From: an uncultured Pseudomonadales bacterium
GTDB taxonomy: Bacteria; Patescibacteriota; Microgenomatia; UBA1400; PJMF01
Direction: 5' to 3'
Length of the DNA stretch: 64,000 nucleotides
Assembly: GCA_964583625.1 (NCBI GenBank)
Contig: CAZOVA010000001.1
Location: forward strand, 480-64,479
Shown here: positions 9,076 to 18,496 of the stretch, in pieces
Numbering within the stretch: position 1 is the stretch's first letter
Layout of the letters: each line of letters starts with the position of its first letter
Translations under genes and position numbers: made by a program
Notes under the pieces: model-generated
The model's input: the letters and a program-made list of their open reading frames with translations, nothing else
Told to the model about the DNA's origin: nothing
Database searches by the model: none

Positions 9076-10133
9076 ACTTTCCTTATTTTTTTTCTTATTC
9101 TTTCTATTAATAAATTAATATTATAAAAAAAGGGTCGCATTACTAAGTCCTGAGCATGTAAATAAGCAAAGTCGGTACCCCCAAAACCACGTTTAAAAAC
9201 TGATAGTTTGGCGAAACGATGTTCTGATTCGTTTTCTGGAGCGACTCCCCAAAAATTATAGCGTTTTATACCTCTGCCCTTTGCTTGTTTAATGGCTTCC
9301 CATTGCAAAGCTGCGGCTGCTGGATATTTTCTCGCTAAAGCGGTTGAGGCGCCGTAATGATAAACTGCCTCTTGACCATAAAAAATAATCATCGCTTGAG
9401 CCAAAAGTTCCTCTTGAAAATACGCGCTATAGAGCACAACTTCATGGTCTGGTAAAAAAGCAGCAAACTGTTTCTGCCAATAATTTTCACTAAAAGGAAC
9501 AAAGTTTTGCCGTTTGGCCGTATCTAGTTGCAACTGATAAAATTTGCCGATTTCTTCTTTGACAAGTGAGGGTTGAATTTCAGCCGAACTTTTTACTAGC
9601 ACTCCATCTTTAGCCGCTTTGCGGATTTCATAACGAGTACTTTTACGCATTCCTGCCAAAAGCTCCTCCTCAGTTAGACTCAAATCCAAGCGATGAGTTA
9701 GCTCAGCGTGTAAATGCATTGGTGCATCGACAAAACCCAAGTCTCTAAATAGCTTCCGATTTTGTTGATTATCTGCCAATTGCGGTCGGCAACGCACAAA
9801 AACTATTTTTTCTTTTTTTCCTAAGTCTTTCAAATCTTTTACAAAAGCAATGATTAAATTCTGATCATACCATTCAAAAATAGGACCACCTGGAACCAAA
9901 AAATGATGACCTCTTTTAGCTTCTTCTTTGATAATTAGCATTACGCCTAATAACTCATTTTCATTATAGAATCCACGATAAAAAACTTTTTGTCCCAAAT
10001 TTTTATAAAATTGACCCCAATTCCAAGAGTGTAAAAAGTTGACTTCAGGGTGCTGAACTAAAAAATCTTCCCAGACTTTTTTTTCACTAATTTCTTTAAC
10101 TTTTATATTTGACATAAGTTGATAATCCTGCAA
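9072..10133 (-). CDS. FemAB-family aminoacyl-tRNA-dependent peptidoglycan interpeptide-bridge transferase
   Basis: 353 aa; overall FemX/MurM-like sequence pattern (HSWNWGQF, paired acyltransferase halves). Confidence 0.7.
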   Translation of the reverse strand: MQDYQLMSNIKVKEISEKKVWEDFLVQHPEVNFLHSWNWGQFYKNLGQKVFYRGFYNENELLGVMLIIKEEAKRGHHFLVPGGPIFEWYDQNLIIAFVKDLKDLGKKEKIVFVRCRPQLADNQQNRKLFRDLGFVDAPMHLHAELTHRLDLSLTEEELLAGMRKSTRYEIRKAAKDGVLVKSSAEIQPSLVKEEIGKFYQLQLDTAKRQNFVPFSENYWQKQFAAFLPDHEVVLYSAYFQEELLAQAMIIFYGQEAVYHYGASTALARKYPAAAALQWEAIKQAKGRGIKRYNFWGVAPENESEHRFAKLSVFKRGFGGTDFAYLHAQDLVMRPFFYNINLLIERIRKKIRKV

Positions 10134-11287
10134 ATATTTTTAATATCGGTTGTGGTAATTTCCTGATGTGTGGGCAAGTTAATAATTTCCTCAGTCACCA
10201 AGAATCCACGAGGGAGAGAAGCAAAATTTTCTTGATAGGATCCCTCTTCCCACTGTTTTTTGGGTCCAACTGGACTATCATACCAAAAATCTTGTAGGTG
10301 GTAGCCTTGTTGGCAGAGTTTGTTTAAAATTTCCTCTCTTTTTTCTGCTTTGACTTTAATGGGTAAACGTAAAGCGCTACTACGAACAATTTCCGCCTCT
10401 GTGAGTGACCAAAACAAAAAATCTGATCGTAAATTTTTAAGATAAAGACGAACCTTCTTTTGTCGCTCTTTTTGTTGCTCTTGCGCAACCACTATTCTTT
10501 CTTGTAAAAGTTCTTTTTGCCAAGCCGGTAGCCGATGATAATTCCCTTCGTTTTGGTAATGCATCGGCTGAGATAAAAGACCTAAATAGCGACAGAGAAA
10601 ATGCATCAATTTACCTAAACCAAAAGAATAAGTATGGCGAATCAGCCAGGTTAATAGAGGATAAATACGATCTTTTCTTTGTTGTTGTTTCGGTATTTCT
10701 TTCCAAGATATTTCTCTAAAATTTTTTAGTAAAGCTTGTTCATTAATTCTCAAAATACCACCAGAAACTGAGTCCAAAACCTTATCTTGACTAGCAGAAA
10801 AAATTGCTACAGAACCCAGCTCTCCCGCTTTCGCTCCAGTTTCATAAATCGCTCCCCAAGCGTGAGCATTGTCCTCCACAATCCTAATATTATTCTTTTT
10901 CGCCCAAACGAGAATTGAGGCAATTTTTGGTTGAGAAAAACCAAAAGTATTTTGGATAATTATTGCTTTGAGGTTCTTAGTTTGTTTTTTCAAAGACTCA
11001 AAACTAAAATTAAGTGTTTTGTCAATATCAATCAAAATCGGTTTAAGACCGGCCCAGATAATTGCTTCATAAACAGTCAAACAGGTAAAACCAACTACAG
11101 CTACCCCAGAACCAGGAGGTAAATTTAGAACCTTTAAAGCCGCCAGCAAAGCCTCTCTTCCTTTATAAAAATAGATTGGAGCGGACTTTTCCCTTGAGAC
11201 AACTTTTTGAGTTGTTGCTCTAATGGTTAAAACTCGCCACGCCGCTCGCCAGTCATAATTGGAGCCTAAAGAGTTAAATTTGGCCAT
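10103..11287 (-). CDS. DegT/DnrJ/EryC1/StrS-family PLP-dependent (sugar) aminotransferase
   Basis: 394 aa; fold-type I pattern with a candidate PLP-lysine in FSASQDKVLDSVSGGIL; overlaps both neighbouring genes. Confidence 0.6.
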   Translation of the reverse strand: MAKFNSLGSNYDWRAAWRVLTIRATTQKVVSREKSAPIYFYKGREALLAALKVLNLPPGSGVAVVGFTCLTVYEAIIWAGLKPILIDIDKTLNFSFESLKKQTKNLKAIIIQNTFGFSQPKIASILVWAKKNNIRIVEDNAHAWGAIYETGAKAGELGSVAIFSASQDKVLDSVSGGILRINEQALLKNFREISWKEIPKQQQRKDRIYPLLTWLIRHTYSFGLGKLMHFLCRYLGLLSQPMHYQNEGNYHRLPAWQKELLQERIVVAQEQQKERQKKVRLYLKNLRSDFLFWSLTEAEIVRSSALRLPIKVKAEKREEILNKLCQQGYHLQDFWYDSPVGPKKQWEEGSYQENFASLPRGFLVTEEIINLPTHQEITTTDIKNICRIINLCQI

Positions 11288-11999
11288 TCATTCCTTCCAA
11301 AGAAGCTTTAATAAAAGATAAAGTCTCTGACAAATGGCTAAATTGTGGTGCATGACGCGCATTTTTTATAATTTCTAGTTTTGCTTGAGGTAAAAGTTGG
11401 ACCATTTCTCGAGCTAAATAAGGTGGTGTTATCTTGTCTTCACTTCCCCAAAGCAAGCTAATAGGAATGTCAATCGTGGATAAAAGAGGACGCAAATCAG
11501 TATTGACTAGATTGGTCATTGTTTGTTTCATCACTGGGGAAGCTTGATAATAATCCTTTTCCCTCAAAATTTTATAAAAAATTTTTCTTATTTTCTCATT
11601 CTTTGCCCAGTTTTTACCAATTTTTGCTAGCCAAAGACCAATTTTTTTCTTAATAACTTTTTGCCAGTTTTTATCAATAAGACCAGCACTACCAATCAGT
11701 ATGGCCCGATCAACTTTTTTTTGTCTTTTCTTGTCAACTAAATAGGCTAAAATAATTCTTCCCCCATTAGAGTGACCAATCAAAGTGACCTTTTTTTGTT
11801 TCGGCTCCAATCGGGCAATCTCTTTATCTAGCCAGTCAGTATAATCGGCCAAAGTCCAAGCTTGATCAAGTTTCTTGCCTGTCAACCCAGGAATTGATAA
11901 AAGATTAACAGCCAAGCCTTCTTTTTGCAAAGCAGCAATTAAAGGAAGCATTTTTTCTTCGCTATAAGTCCAACCAGGTAAAACAAGAATTTTAGACAT
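11274..11999 (-). CDS. Alpha/beta-fold hydrolase
   Basis: Nucleophile elbow GHSNGG and a C-terminal His (NARHAPQ); 241 aa. Confidence 0.7.
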   Translation of the reverse strand: MSKILVLPGWTYSEEKMLPLIAALQKEGLAVNLLSIPGLTGKKLDQAWTLADYTDWLDKEIARLEPKQKKVTLIGHSNGGRIILAYLVDKKRQKKVDRAILIGSAGLIDKNWQKVIKKKIGLWLAKIGKNWAKNEKIRKIFYKILREKDYYQASPVMKQTMTNLVNTDLRPLLSTIDIPISLLWGSEDKITPPYLAREMVQLLPQAKLEIIKNARHAPQFSHLSETLSFIKASLEGMNGQI

Positions 12000-13281
12000 A
12001 AAATCTATTTCTTCTTTTCTGCCAAATTTCTTCCTGTCTGACCAACTTTTTAATGTCTGCTTTATCTGCTAATAAACGCTCCACCATTCCCTCCAAAAAA
12101 GGCGCTCCTTTAAAGAGAATCGTTTCGCCTCCTTTTAGATCTTGCCATAATTTTTCCAAAGCTAGTTTTGGTGATTCAAAAAAATCTACTCTCCCCTCGC
12201 CCCAATATTGTTGTAAAAGAGGTAAGACTGCGGCGCGATTTTCTCTACCTAAAAGGTAAACTCTATCAATCGTCTGTAATTTTAATAGTAACCAAGCCAA
12301 AGATTCGTGTTGAGTTTTGCTGTCTTCTCCCTCTTCTAACATATGACCTAAAACTAAAAACTTAGAACCAGTCGCTGGGTAAGCCTCAAATAATTTCAGC
12401 ATCGCTTCCATTGAACCATAGTTGGCATTATAAGTAGAGTCAATCAGTAAAGTATTTTTAAGACCGTGAAGTAAACTGCTTCTGCCTGGAGGTAAAGTCA
12501 AATTTTTATAACTAGTGTCAATCCTCAAGCCTAAAAATTGAATTGTTTTTTCTACCATCGCCAAACTAGTCCACATTTCTTCTGGAAGAAGTTGGTTGAA
12601 AGAGTATTGATGCTGATCAATGGCAAACTCAGTCCCCTGAGTTTGTAACTGATAACCCACCAAATAATCTTGCTCTTGTAAAAACTCCAATTTCTTTGGT
12701 GATAAGTTGAGTTCTTCCATCGCTTTGACCAAAGGTAGGCTTTCACCATTAACAATGACTTTTTCTTTGGCTTTGCTGGCAAAATAGGCAAATTCTTGGG
12801 CAATGGCGTCCAAAATAGGAATTTCCTTTTTAGCCGCGATTTCGTCAAAGTTCATAGCGTGGGTCCGATAAATATTGGTAATTAAAACTATATTTGGCTC
12901 CAACAAATCTGTTGTAAATTTAGCCTCACCAGGTCGATCCGAATCAGCTTCTACTACATAAATTTTCTTTCTCTCAGTTGCTACCATTTTTTTTACTTGA
13001 AAAGGAGCAGAAAAAAATAGACCAAACCATTCATTAAAGGAAAAAGTTTCTCTTTGCAAACCTAAAATATGAAAAGGAATCCCAAAAGCGGAGTTAGCGT
13101 CTTTGGCAAATTCAGCCACTTGTCCCAATTGAGCATGTAGTAAAGTAAAAAGAGTCGTTTTACCGGTGGAACCAGTTACCACAATAATTCTTGGTTGCCA
13201 CTTTTTTAACACTTTTTTCGCCCAAAAAGCGAAATAAGCAGCAACAAAAAAATAGAAAATTTTCTTAAATTTTTTTACCAT
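11992..13281 (-). CDS. murF: Mur ligase, MurF-like (UDP-MurNAc-tripeptide--D-Ala-D-Ala ligase)
   Basis: P-loop VVTGSTGKTT; C-terminal ILFKGAPFLEGMVERL resembles the MurF VLLKGSRGMKLE motif. Confidence 0.65.
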   Translation of the reverse strand: MVKKFKKIFYFFVAAYFAFWAKKVLKKWQPRIIVVTGSTGKTTLFTLLHAQLGQVAEFAKDANSAFGIPFHILGLQRETFSFNEWFGLFFSAPFQVKKMVATERKKIYVVEADSDRPGEAKFTTDLLEPNIVLITNIYRTHAMNFDEIAAKKEIPILDAIAQEFAYFASKAKEKVIVNGESLPLVKAMEELNLSPKKLEFLQEQDYLVGYQLQTQGTEFAIDQHQYSFNQLLPEEMWTSLAMVEKTIQFLGLRIDTSYKNLTLPPGRSSLLHGLKNTLLIDSTYNANYGSMEAMLKLFEAYPATGSKFLVLGHMLEEGEDSKTQHESLAWLLLKLQTIDRVYLLGRENRAAVLPLLQQYWGEGRVDFFESPKLALEKLWQDLKGGETILFKGAPFLEGMVERLLADKADIKKLVRQEEIWQKRRNRFYV

Positions 13282-13334
13282 TAACGAGCATTATTATAAC
13301 AAGAAAAAGACTCAAAGGGCCAAGCTATATTTTC

Positions 13335-14294
13335 TTAGTAAATTTTAATTGAATTCAAAACCTGAAAAACAATTTTTTCAAAGCTATCATAGCTAGTTTG
13401 ATCTGGAGCTTTAATTTCATAAACAATCTTGAGATAATTGTCGCTTTGAGCATTTTTTTGCAGGAAATAGATCAGTTTTTGCACCCCATTCTCGACACTC
13501 AAGAAGGAATAGCCCAAGGTGTCGCCCAAAAGTTCACTCCTAAAATCAAAGTTTTGAGTATTATTTTCTTTACTATCAAAAATATCTTTAGCAATTTTAG
13601 CCAGAGAGAGGCCCTCTACGGACTTATTTTCAATCGTCATCACCAATCCATTAACTGGAGAAGTTTCATTTACCTCACCATAGGTGATCAGTACTGCTTC
13701 AGTAGTTTTGCTGGTCTTTAATCCAGGAATTTCTTGCAAGAAAGAGAACTTGCCCTGATCGTCGACATAAACTGGAAGTTCTTGTCGCATCAACATCATG
13801 TCTTGAGCTTGAACAAGTTCATTTTTCAAAGCAGTGATTTGCCCCTCTTTTTCTTGATTTTGATTAAATAATTTAGCTATTTCTTGATTTTGTTTTTGCC
13901 AAAAAATAAAGCTACCAACACCAATAGCTAATAGAATCACAAAGAAAATGACCAAAATCAAAGGCAAAGAAGTTTTTTGATTATCTTTTTTGTCTTTATT
14001 AACAGTTGTTTTTTGTGACGAGGAGGCAGAGGGATTTTCCTCAGCTGTCATTAAGACGCCATTTTGAAAAACTGGTGGTAAAGACTCACTCTGTGTCTGA
14101 CTATCTGCTTGTACATTATTGTCTATCGGTGGTGTTTCAACCGCAGTTTCCACCTCTGCTATAGGTGAAGGAGAAAAGTTTCCTGTTGGCGTAGGTACAG
14201 GAGAAAACTCCACCGCTGGTGTTGGCTCCGACTGTTTAATTCCTGGTTGTTCAGGGTTAGATGACGGAATAATGGGTGGTACTGGTTCTTGCAT
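13335..14294 (-). CDS. Membrane-anchored hypothetical protein (Pro-rich N-terminus, single TM)
   Basis: 319-aa ORF; TM segment LPLILVIFFVILLAIGVGSFIFW. Confidence 0.45.
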   Translation of the reverse strand: MQEPVPPIIPSSNPEQPGIKQSEPTPAVEFSPVPTPTGNFSPSPIAEVETAVETPPIDNNVQADSQTQSESLPPVFQNGVLMTAEENPSASSSQKTTVNKDKKDNQKTSLPLILVIFFVILLAIGVGSFIFWQKQNQEIAKLFNQNQEKEGQITALKNELVQAQDMMLMRQELPVYVDDQGKFSFLQEIPGLKTSKTTEAVLITYGEVNETSPVNGLVMTIENKSVEGLSLAKIAKDIFDSKENNTQNFDFRSELLGDTLGYSFLSVENGVQKLIYFLQKNAQSDNYLKIVYEIKAPDQTSYDSFEKIVFQVLNSIKIY

Positions 14295-14318
14295 AAATTT
14301 TTCCTCTAGTAAAATTCA

Positions 14319-14516
14319 TTATAACAAATCGGCCATACGCTGTAAAGTAGTTTTTTGTTTCTTGGGTGACTTCACTTTAACTCCAATTTTGAGCTGTTTT
14401 TGATAGATAATTTGTCTTAAATGGGCTGCTAAAGACAGGCCATTGTTTCTTGCCTCTTGGTTTAGTTTTTTCCAAACCTCCTCATCTAGGGTCAGTTTTA
14501 CCTGCTTTTTCATCAA
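14319..14516 (-). CDS. Small ribbon-helix-helix (CopG/Arc-like) DNA-binding protein
   Basis: 65 aa; N-terminal KLTLDEEVWKKLNQEARNNGLSLAAHLRQII is an RHH-like beta-strand/helix pattern. Confidence 0.45.
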   Translation of the reverse strand: MMKKQVKLTLDEEVWKKLNQEARNNGLSLAAHLRQIIYQKQLKIGVKVKSPKKQKTTLQRMADLL

Positions 14517-14565
14517 TTAAATTATAGAAAAATTTTCTCAACTTGTCAAAAGAATTAATCAAAAT

Positions 14566-14841
14566 TTAATCTAAATCAGAGTTTGGCACTGTCCTTCTTC
14601 CACTTTCAAACTCCTTTAAATGAGCTTGAAAGCTGATAGCGGAACCAGCGAATAAAAAACTACCATCTTGTCCAACAAGAAGTGCTCTCCCTCCTCTGAT
14701 AGGCTTGCCTTCCTCATTACTAGTTTCGGCAAAATATAAGGCTCCAACTTTCTCAAGTAAGACACAACTCTTTTCAATTTTTTCTGCTGGTAGTTTTAAA
14801 AGCTTAGCAGCTAAAGCTATTTGTTCACTGATTGATAACAT
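14566..14841 (-). CDS. Hypothetical small protein
   Basis: 91-aa ORF in an operon-like position between the HExxH gene and the RHH gene. Confidence 0.3.
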   Translation of the reverse strand: MLSISEQIALAAKLLKLPAEKIEKSCVLLEKVGALYFAETSNEEGKPIRGGRALLVGQDGSFLFAGSAISFQAHLKEFESGRRTVPNSDLD

Positions 14842-14980
14842 TGACCCTCCTAAAAAACTAATTTCTATCTTTTAAAAAAACTATGCAAGCCTTAGTAAAC
14901 TAACTTCGAACCATCTGGCACAAAATCAGTTCTGTTGATCTGAACAAGTGGTCGGATTTCACAAAACCAAACACAGCTGC

Positions 14981-16009
14981 TTACTCCAATACTCTTTTTT
15001 CAGGTTCCTCAATATAAAAGAGAATTGTTTCTTCTTTAACTTCTGGAAGTTTTATTTCTTCTTTTGGAACTCTTCTTGATTCAACCTTTGAAATGCCTTT
15101 TTTAGCATCATGTTTCCAGAAAATACCATACTTTTTAGGGGCTATCTTTTTAAGCAATTCAGGGTCATAGATGTAAGCGACAATGCTGTCGCAGATATCT
15201 TCTTCCATGTTTATCTGTGCATAATAAGTTATGCACTGGTCTGGCTGTAGTGGGAACTGTCCTTTTGGTGACATTTCGCCAGTTTTTTTGTTATACCAGC
15301 GTTTTGCTGAACCGTCGGGAGCTGGTCTTATTTCCCACTCATCTTCATGATCCCAGCAGTACTCCCATTGATATTCTTCACTCCATTCAGGTTTAAACTG
15401 TTGTTGAATTAGGTGGGTTGATTCGTGAACAAAAGTGCCTTCAAAGTTAGAGGCTTTTTCAACTCTGTGAGGTATAAGCTCCATTCCTCTTGGCAGTAAG
15501 CGAAATGCCCTCCAACTCCTCAGAGCATAACCATTCAAAGGATACTTCTCTGGATCTCCGAAAGCACTAGCCTCTTCTTTGTCATCTATCAATATCCATC
15601 TAATTTGGTCTGTAATCTGAGGAAATCTAGAAGATAGCTGTCCTAAGACTCTTTGGGCACGTTGGATATGCTCGTCGTTGAAAGCTTTGTCCTTATTCCA
15701 GTTGTAGACAGTGATAGATTGACCTTCAACCTGAAATTCAATCTGTTCTTGTGGAATGCCTTTACTTCTCCAGTATTCAGAAGTGAACCAATCCCGACCC
15801 TCCCTCTCTTGCCTTATCATTTCAATAATTTTAGCGTCAGTACGTGGTTCATTATCCTTACCAGGAAAAGAAATGGGCGAAATACGCCATTCTCTATACT
15901 CGGCTTGACCGGCATCCATTGTTCGTTCATATCTGAAAGGCAAATCAGGAATTTGTTCTTGTGGTGATGATTTTTCTGGATTGAATCCTGTGGCTGTTTC
16001 TATAGTCAT
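14981..16009 (-). CDS. HExxH zinc-metallopeptidase-like protein with a DUF4157-like signature
   Basis: FVHESTHLIQQQF contains HExxH followed by QQ, as I recall for the DUF4157 family. Trp/Glu-rich; composition differs from its neighbours. Confidence 0.45.
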   Translation of the reverse strand: MTIETATGFNPEKSSPQEQIPDLPFRYERTMDAGQAEYREWRISPISFPGKDNEPRTDAKIIEMIRQEREGRDWFTSEYWRSKGIPQEQIEFQVEGQSITVYNWNKDKAFNDEHIQRAQRVLGQLSSRFPQITDQIRWILIDDKEEASAFGDPEKYPLNGYALRSWRAFRLLPRGMELIPHRVEKASNFEGTFVHESTHLIQQQFKPEWSEEYQWEYCWDHEDEWEIRPAPDGSAKRWYNKKTGEMSPKGQFPLQPDQCITYYAQINMEEDICDSIVAYIYDPELLKKIAPKKYGIFWKHDAKKGISKVESRRVPKEEIKLPEVKEETILFYIEEPEKRVLE

Positions 16010-16296
16010 CTAATTGATTATAACAGCTTAGTGCTTATTAATTTTTACTATTTTTAATAGTTTTCTCAAAAAAAGATCTTCCTTCTATTACTGATAAAGC
16101 TTAATTCAAGGGATTGAAGGCTTTCTCACTTTTTACAACTACGCTACCCAACTATTTAAAGAATTGAAACTAGACAGAGTGAAAACGGGAGCTTTTGAAG
16201 TTCGCAGTTTAGAACCTTATTTTATAAGGATAAAAACTTTGCCCTATGCTGAAAATAACATTCAACATAATAACCAAGTATACCGAATTTAAAAAC

Positions 16297-16370
16297 TGGC
16301 AGGCTCAGAAGGATTCGAACCCTCACTAAAGGTTTTGGAGACCTCTGTACTACCCTTATACTATGAGCCT
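16297..16370 (-). tRNA. tRNA-Trp (anticodon CCA), 3' CCA encoded
   Basis: Reverse complement AGGCTCATAGTATAAGGGTAGTACAGAGGTCTCCAAAACCTTTAGTGAGGGTTCGAATCCTTCTGAGCCTGCCA. The 7-bp acceptor stem, D-arm, anticodon loop CTCCAAA and T-loop GTTCGAATC all fold correctly. Confidence 0.85.
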
Positions 16371-16402
16371 TTCATGGCTTATTATACCAATAATTTTACT
16401 AT

Positions 16403-16431
16403 TTGACATTAGCGACAAAAGCTTATATAAA
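16403..16431 (+). promoter_or_regulatory. Candidate promoter for upp: TTGACA, 17-nt spacer, TATAAA
   Basis: ttgacattagcgacaaaagcttatataaa ends about 5 nt before the TTG start at 16437, so the transcript may be leaderless. Confidence 0.3.
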
Positions 16432-16436
16432 ATGGT

Positions 16437-17084
16437 TTGCAGTTAAAACAGAAAGGCTTTTTGTCAAAAACTCATGTTGTCGCCCATCCGTTAATCGCTG
16501 ATTGTCTCAAACATCTGCGAGATAAAGAAATTAAAATTGACGAATTTCGCCACTACAGTGATCAGGTTTGTCAGTTACTTTTTCTCAATGCCATTGATGA
16601 TGTTGAGCTAAAAACGGTCACTATTCAAACACCGATTCAAAAAACTAAAGCGCAAAAATTAGCTTGTCGTATCATTGTGGTGCCCGTTTTACGCTCTGGA
16701 ATTGCTATGTTATTTGGCGCTTTACAACTCTTACCAAAAGCTCAAGTGGGTTTTGTTGGGATGCAAAGAGATGAGCAAACCGCTCAAGCAAAAGAATATT
16801 ATTGGAAGTTTCCAGAAATAAGATCTGAACATACAGTTATTGTCACCGATCCCATGTTGGCAACTGGTGGCTCCTTGCTTCATCTTTTGCGAGCTGTCAA
16901 TCCTTACAGACCTAAAAAAATTAAAATTGTTTGTGTTTTGGCTGCCCCAGAGGGAATTGAAGCGATACACCGAGAATTTCCCAAAGTGGAGATCTATACC
17001 GCCGCTATTGATAAAAAACTTAATACAAAAAAATATATTGTCCCAGGGTTGGGTGATTATGGCGATCGTTATTTTGGTACTTAA
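16437..17084 (+). CDS. upp: Uracil phosphoribosyltransferase
   Basis: C-terminal VPGLGDYGDRYFGT and the PRPP-binding TDPMLATGGS motif. Confidence 0.85.
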   Translation: MQLKQKGFLSKTHVVAHPLIADCLKHLRDKEIKIDEFRHYSDQVCQLLFLNAIDDVELKTVTIQTPIQKTKAQKLACRIIVVPVLRSGIAMLFGALQLLPKAQVGFVGMQRDEQTAQAKEYYWKFPEIRSEHTVIVTDPMLATGGSLLHLLRAVNPYRPKKIKIVCVLAAPEGIEAIHREFPKVEIYTAAIDKKLNTKKYIVPGLGDYGDRYFGT

Positions 17085-17133
17085 GAAAAAATTTCACTCC
17101 ACTGTTTGCTTATTAAGTTTAGATCTTAGATAG

Positions 17134-18033
17134 CTATAAACTATTAGCAAACTCTTGACTAACATCTAAAACTTTGATTTTTTTGCTCTTAACAAAGAGC
17201 GGATTGTCAATGGTATTGGTAGTGACTAAAAACTCTATTTCCGAACTTTCTAGTCTTTTTAGCGCCTGTTCACTTATAGGGGCATGAGAGACAGCCGCCA
17301 TGATTCTTTTTGCTCCTCTTTCTTTAAGAGCTCGAGCAATGTCCACCAAAGTGCCAGCGCTAGTAGTGAAGTCATCCACAATCAAGCAATCTTTACCATT
17401 GGCGTCACCCATAATTTCCAAAATTTCTGCTTCCTGTTTGAGTAATTCTGGCCGAGATTTATCTCCTACTACACAAGGCAAACCAAAGGCAAGAGCATAT
17501 TTTCGAGCATTTTTGGCGAAACCAGCGTCTGGAGAAACCACCACCGCATTACTTAAATCTTCCTTCTGAAAATATTTCACAAAAGAATCCAAGGCCTTAA
17601 TATTTTCTACTGGGATGCGAAAGAATCCTGGAATAGAGGGACTATGTAAGTCCATGGTAATTATTTTGTCTGCCCCCGCTACCTGCAGGCAATCGGCAAC
17701 CACTCTAGCTCTAATTGAAGTTCCATCGCCATCCTGTTTATCAGCTTTGGCATAAGAAAAAAATGGCATAACCACTGTAATTTTGGCTGCGTCATAACGC
17801 TTGAGCGCATCAATCCAGAAAAGCAATTCTAATAAATCATTGTTGACATTTTCTCCAGCCAAAGTTTGAATAATCACTGTCTCTTGATGATGAACGTCCT
17901 CTTTTACTTGAACAAAAGTATTACCTTCACTAAATCTCAAACTTTCTCCTGGACTGACTTCAAGACCTAAAGCTTGCGCAAATTTATAAGAAAAATCTCT
18001 GCTTGCACTCCCAGAAAAAATTTTTAACTGCAT
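17134..18033 (-). CDS. prs: Ribose-phosphate pyrophosphokinase (canonical paralog)
   Basis: VVMPFFSYAKADKQ and VDDFTTSAGTL motifs; 299 aa. Confidence 0.85.
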   Translation of the reverse strand: MQLKIFSGSASRDFSYKFAQALGLEVSPGESLRFSEGNTFVQVKEDVHHQETVIIQTLAGENVNNDLLELLFWIDALKRYDAAKITVVMPFFSYAKADKQDGDGTSIRARVVADCLQVAGADKIITMDLHSPSIPGFFRIPVENIKALDSFVKYFQKEDLSNAVVVSPDAGFAKNARKYALAFGLPCVVGDKSRPELLKQEAEILEIMGDANGKDCLIVDDFTTSAGTLVDIARALKERGAKRIMAAVSHAPISEQALKRLESSEIEFLVTTNTIDNPLFVKSKKIKVLDVSQEFANSL

Positions 18034-18052
18034 GATTTTTTATTTCTATTTA

Positions 18053-18496
18053 TTAATTTGTTGTTTCTAAGTCAACTGTTCTCTCCAACAAATCTGTCAC
18101 TTTTTTTAAAATTTCATTTTCAAAAATTAAATTACCATCAGCTTGACGAGTGAAAATTCTTTCTTCACCAGAGTTAAAAGTTAATTTAATTTCATTGTTC
18201 GTCTCTTCCCATGTGCCAGTGATAATTTCCCCTTCTGTTGTCTCATCAACACTTTGTAAGTTTTCATTAAAATAAAATTCTTGTTGAGCGTTTAGAATCA
18301 AGACCTTATTTTCATTTTCAAAAACCTCCAAACCCGCTAAAGCTTCAGTCATATTTGTCGGCTCAGCATCTACAGTAGGAATTGGAGTGGGTTGATTTTC
18401 AGTTAATTTTGGCTTTTTCAACCACCAGCTAAAAATCAAGCCAAGTGCTAAGAGAATTACTCCGAAAATAATAATTTTCTTTTCTTTTCTTTTCAT
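18053..18496 (-). CDS. Membrane-anchored hypothetical protein
   Basis: 147 aa; N-terminal TM segment; 4-nt overlap with thrS. Confidence 0.4.
   Translation of the reverse strand: MKRKEKKIIIFGVILLALGLIFSWWLKKPKLTENQPTPIPTVDAEPTNMTEALAGLEVFENENKVLILNAQQEFYFNENLQSVDETTEGEIITGTWEETNNEIKLTFNSGEERIFTRQADGNLIFENEILKKVTDLLERTVDLETTN

Noticed and set aside
12053-12848. Small ORFs 12053-12259, 12168-12365 and 12552-12848 inside or antisense to murF
   Set aside because: Embedded in a well-supported Mur ligase gene; basic/low-complexity translations typical of frame shadows.
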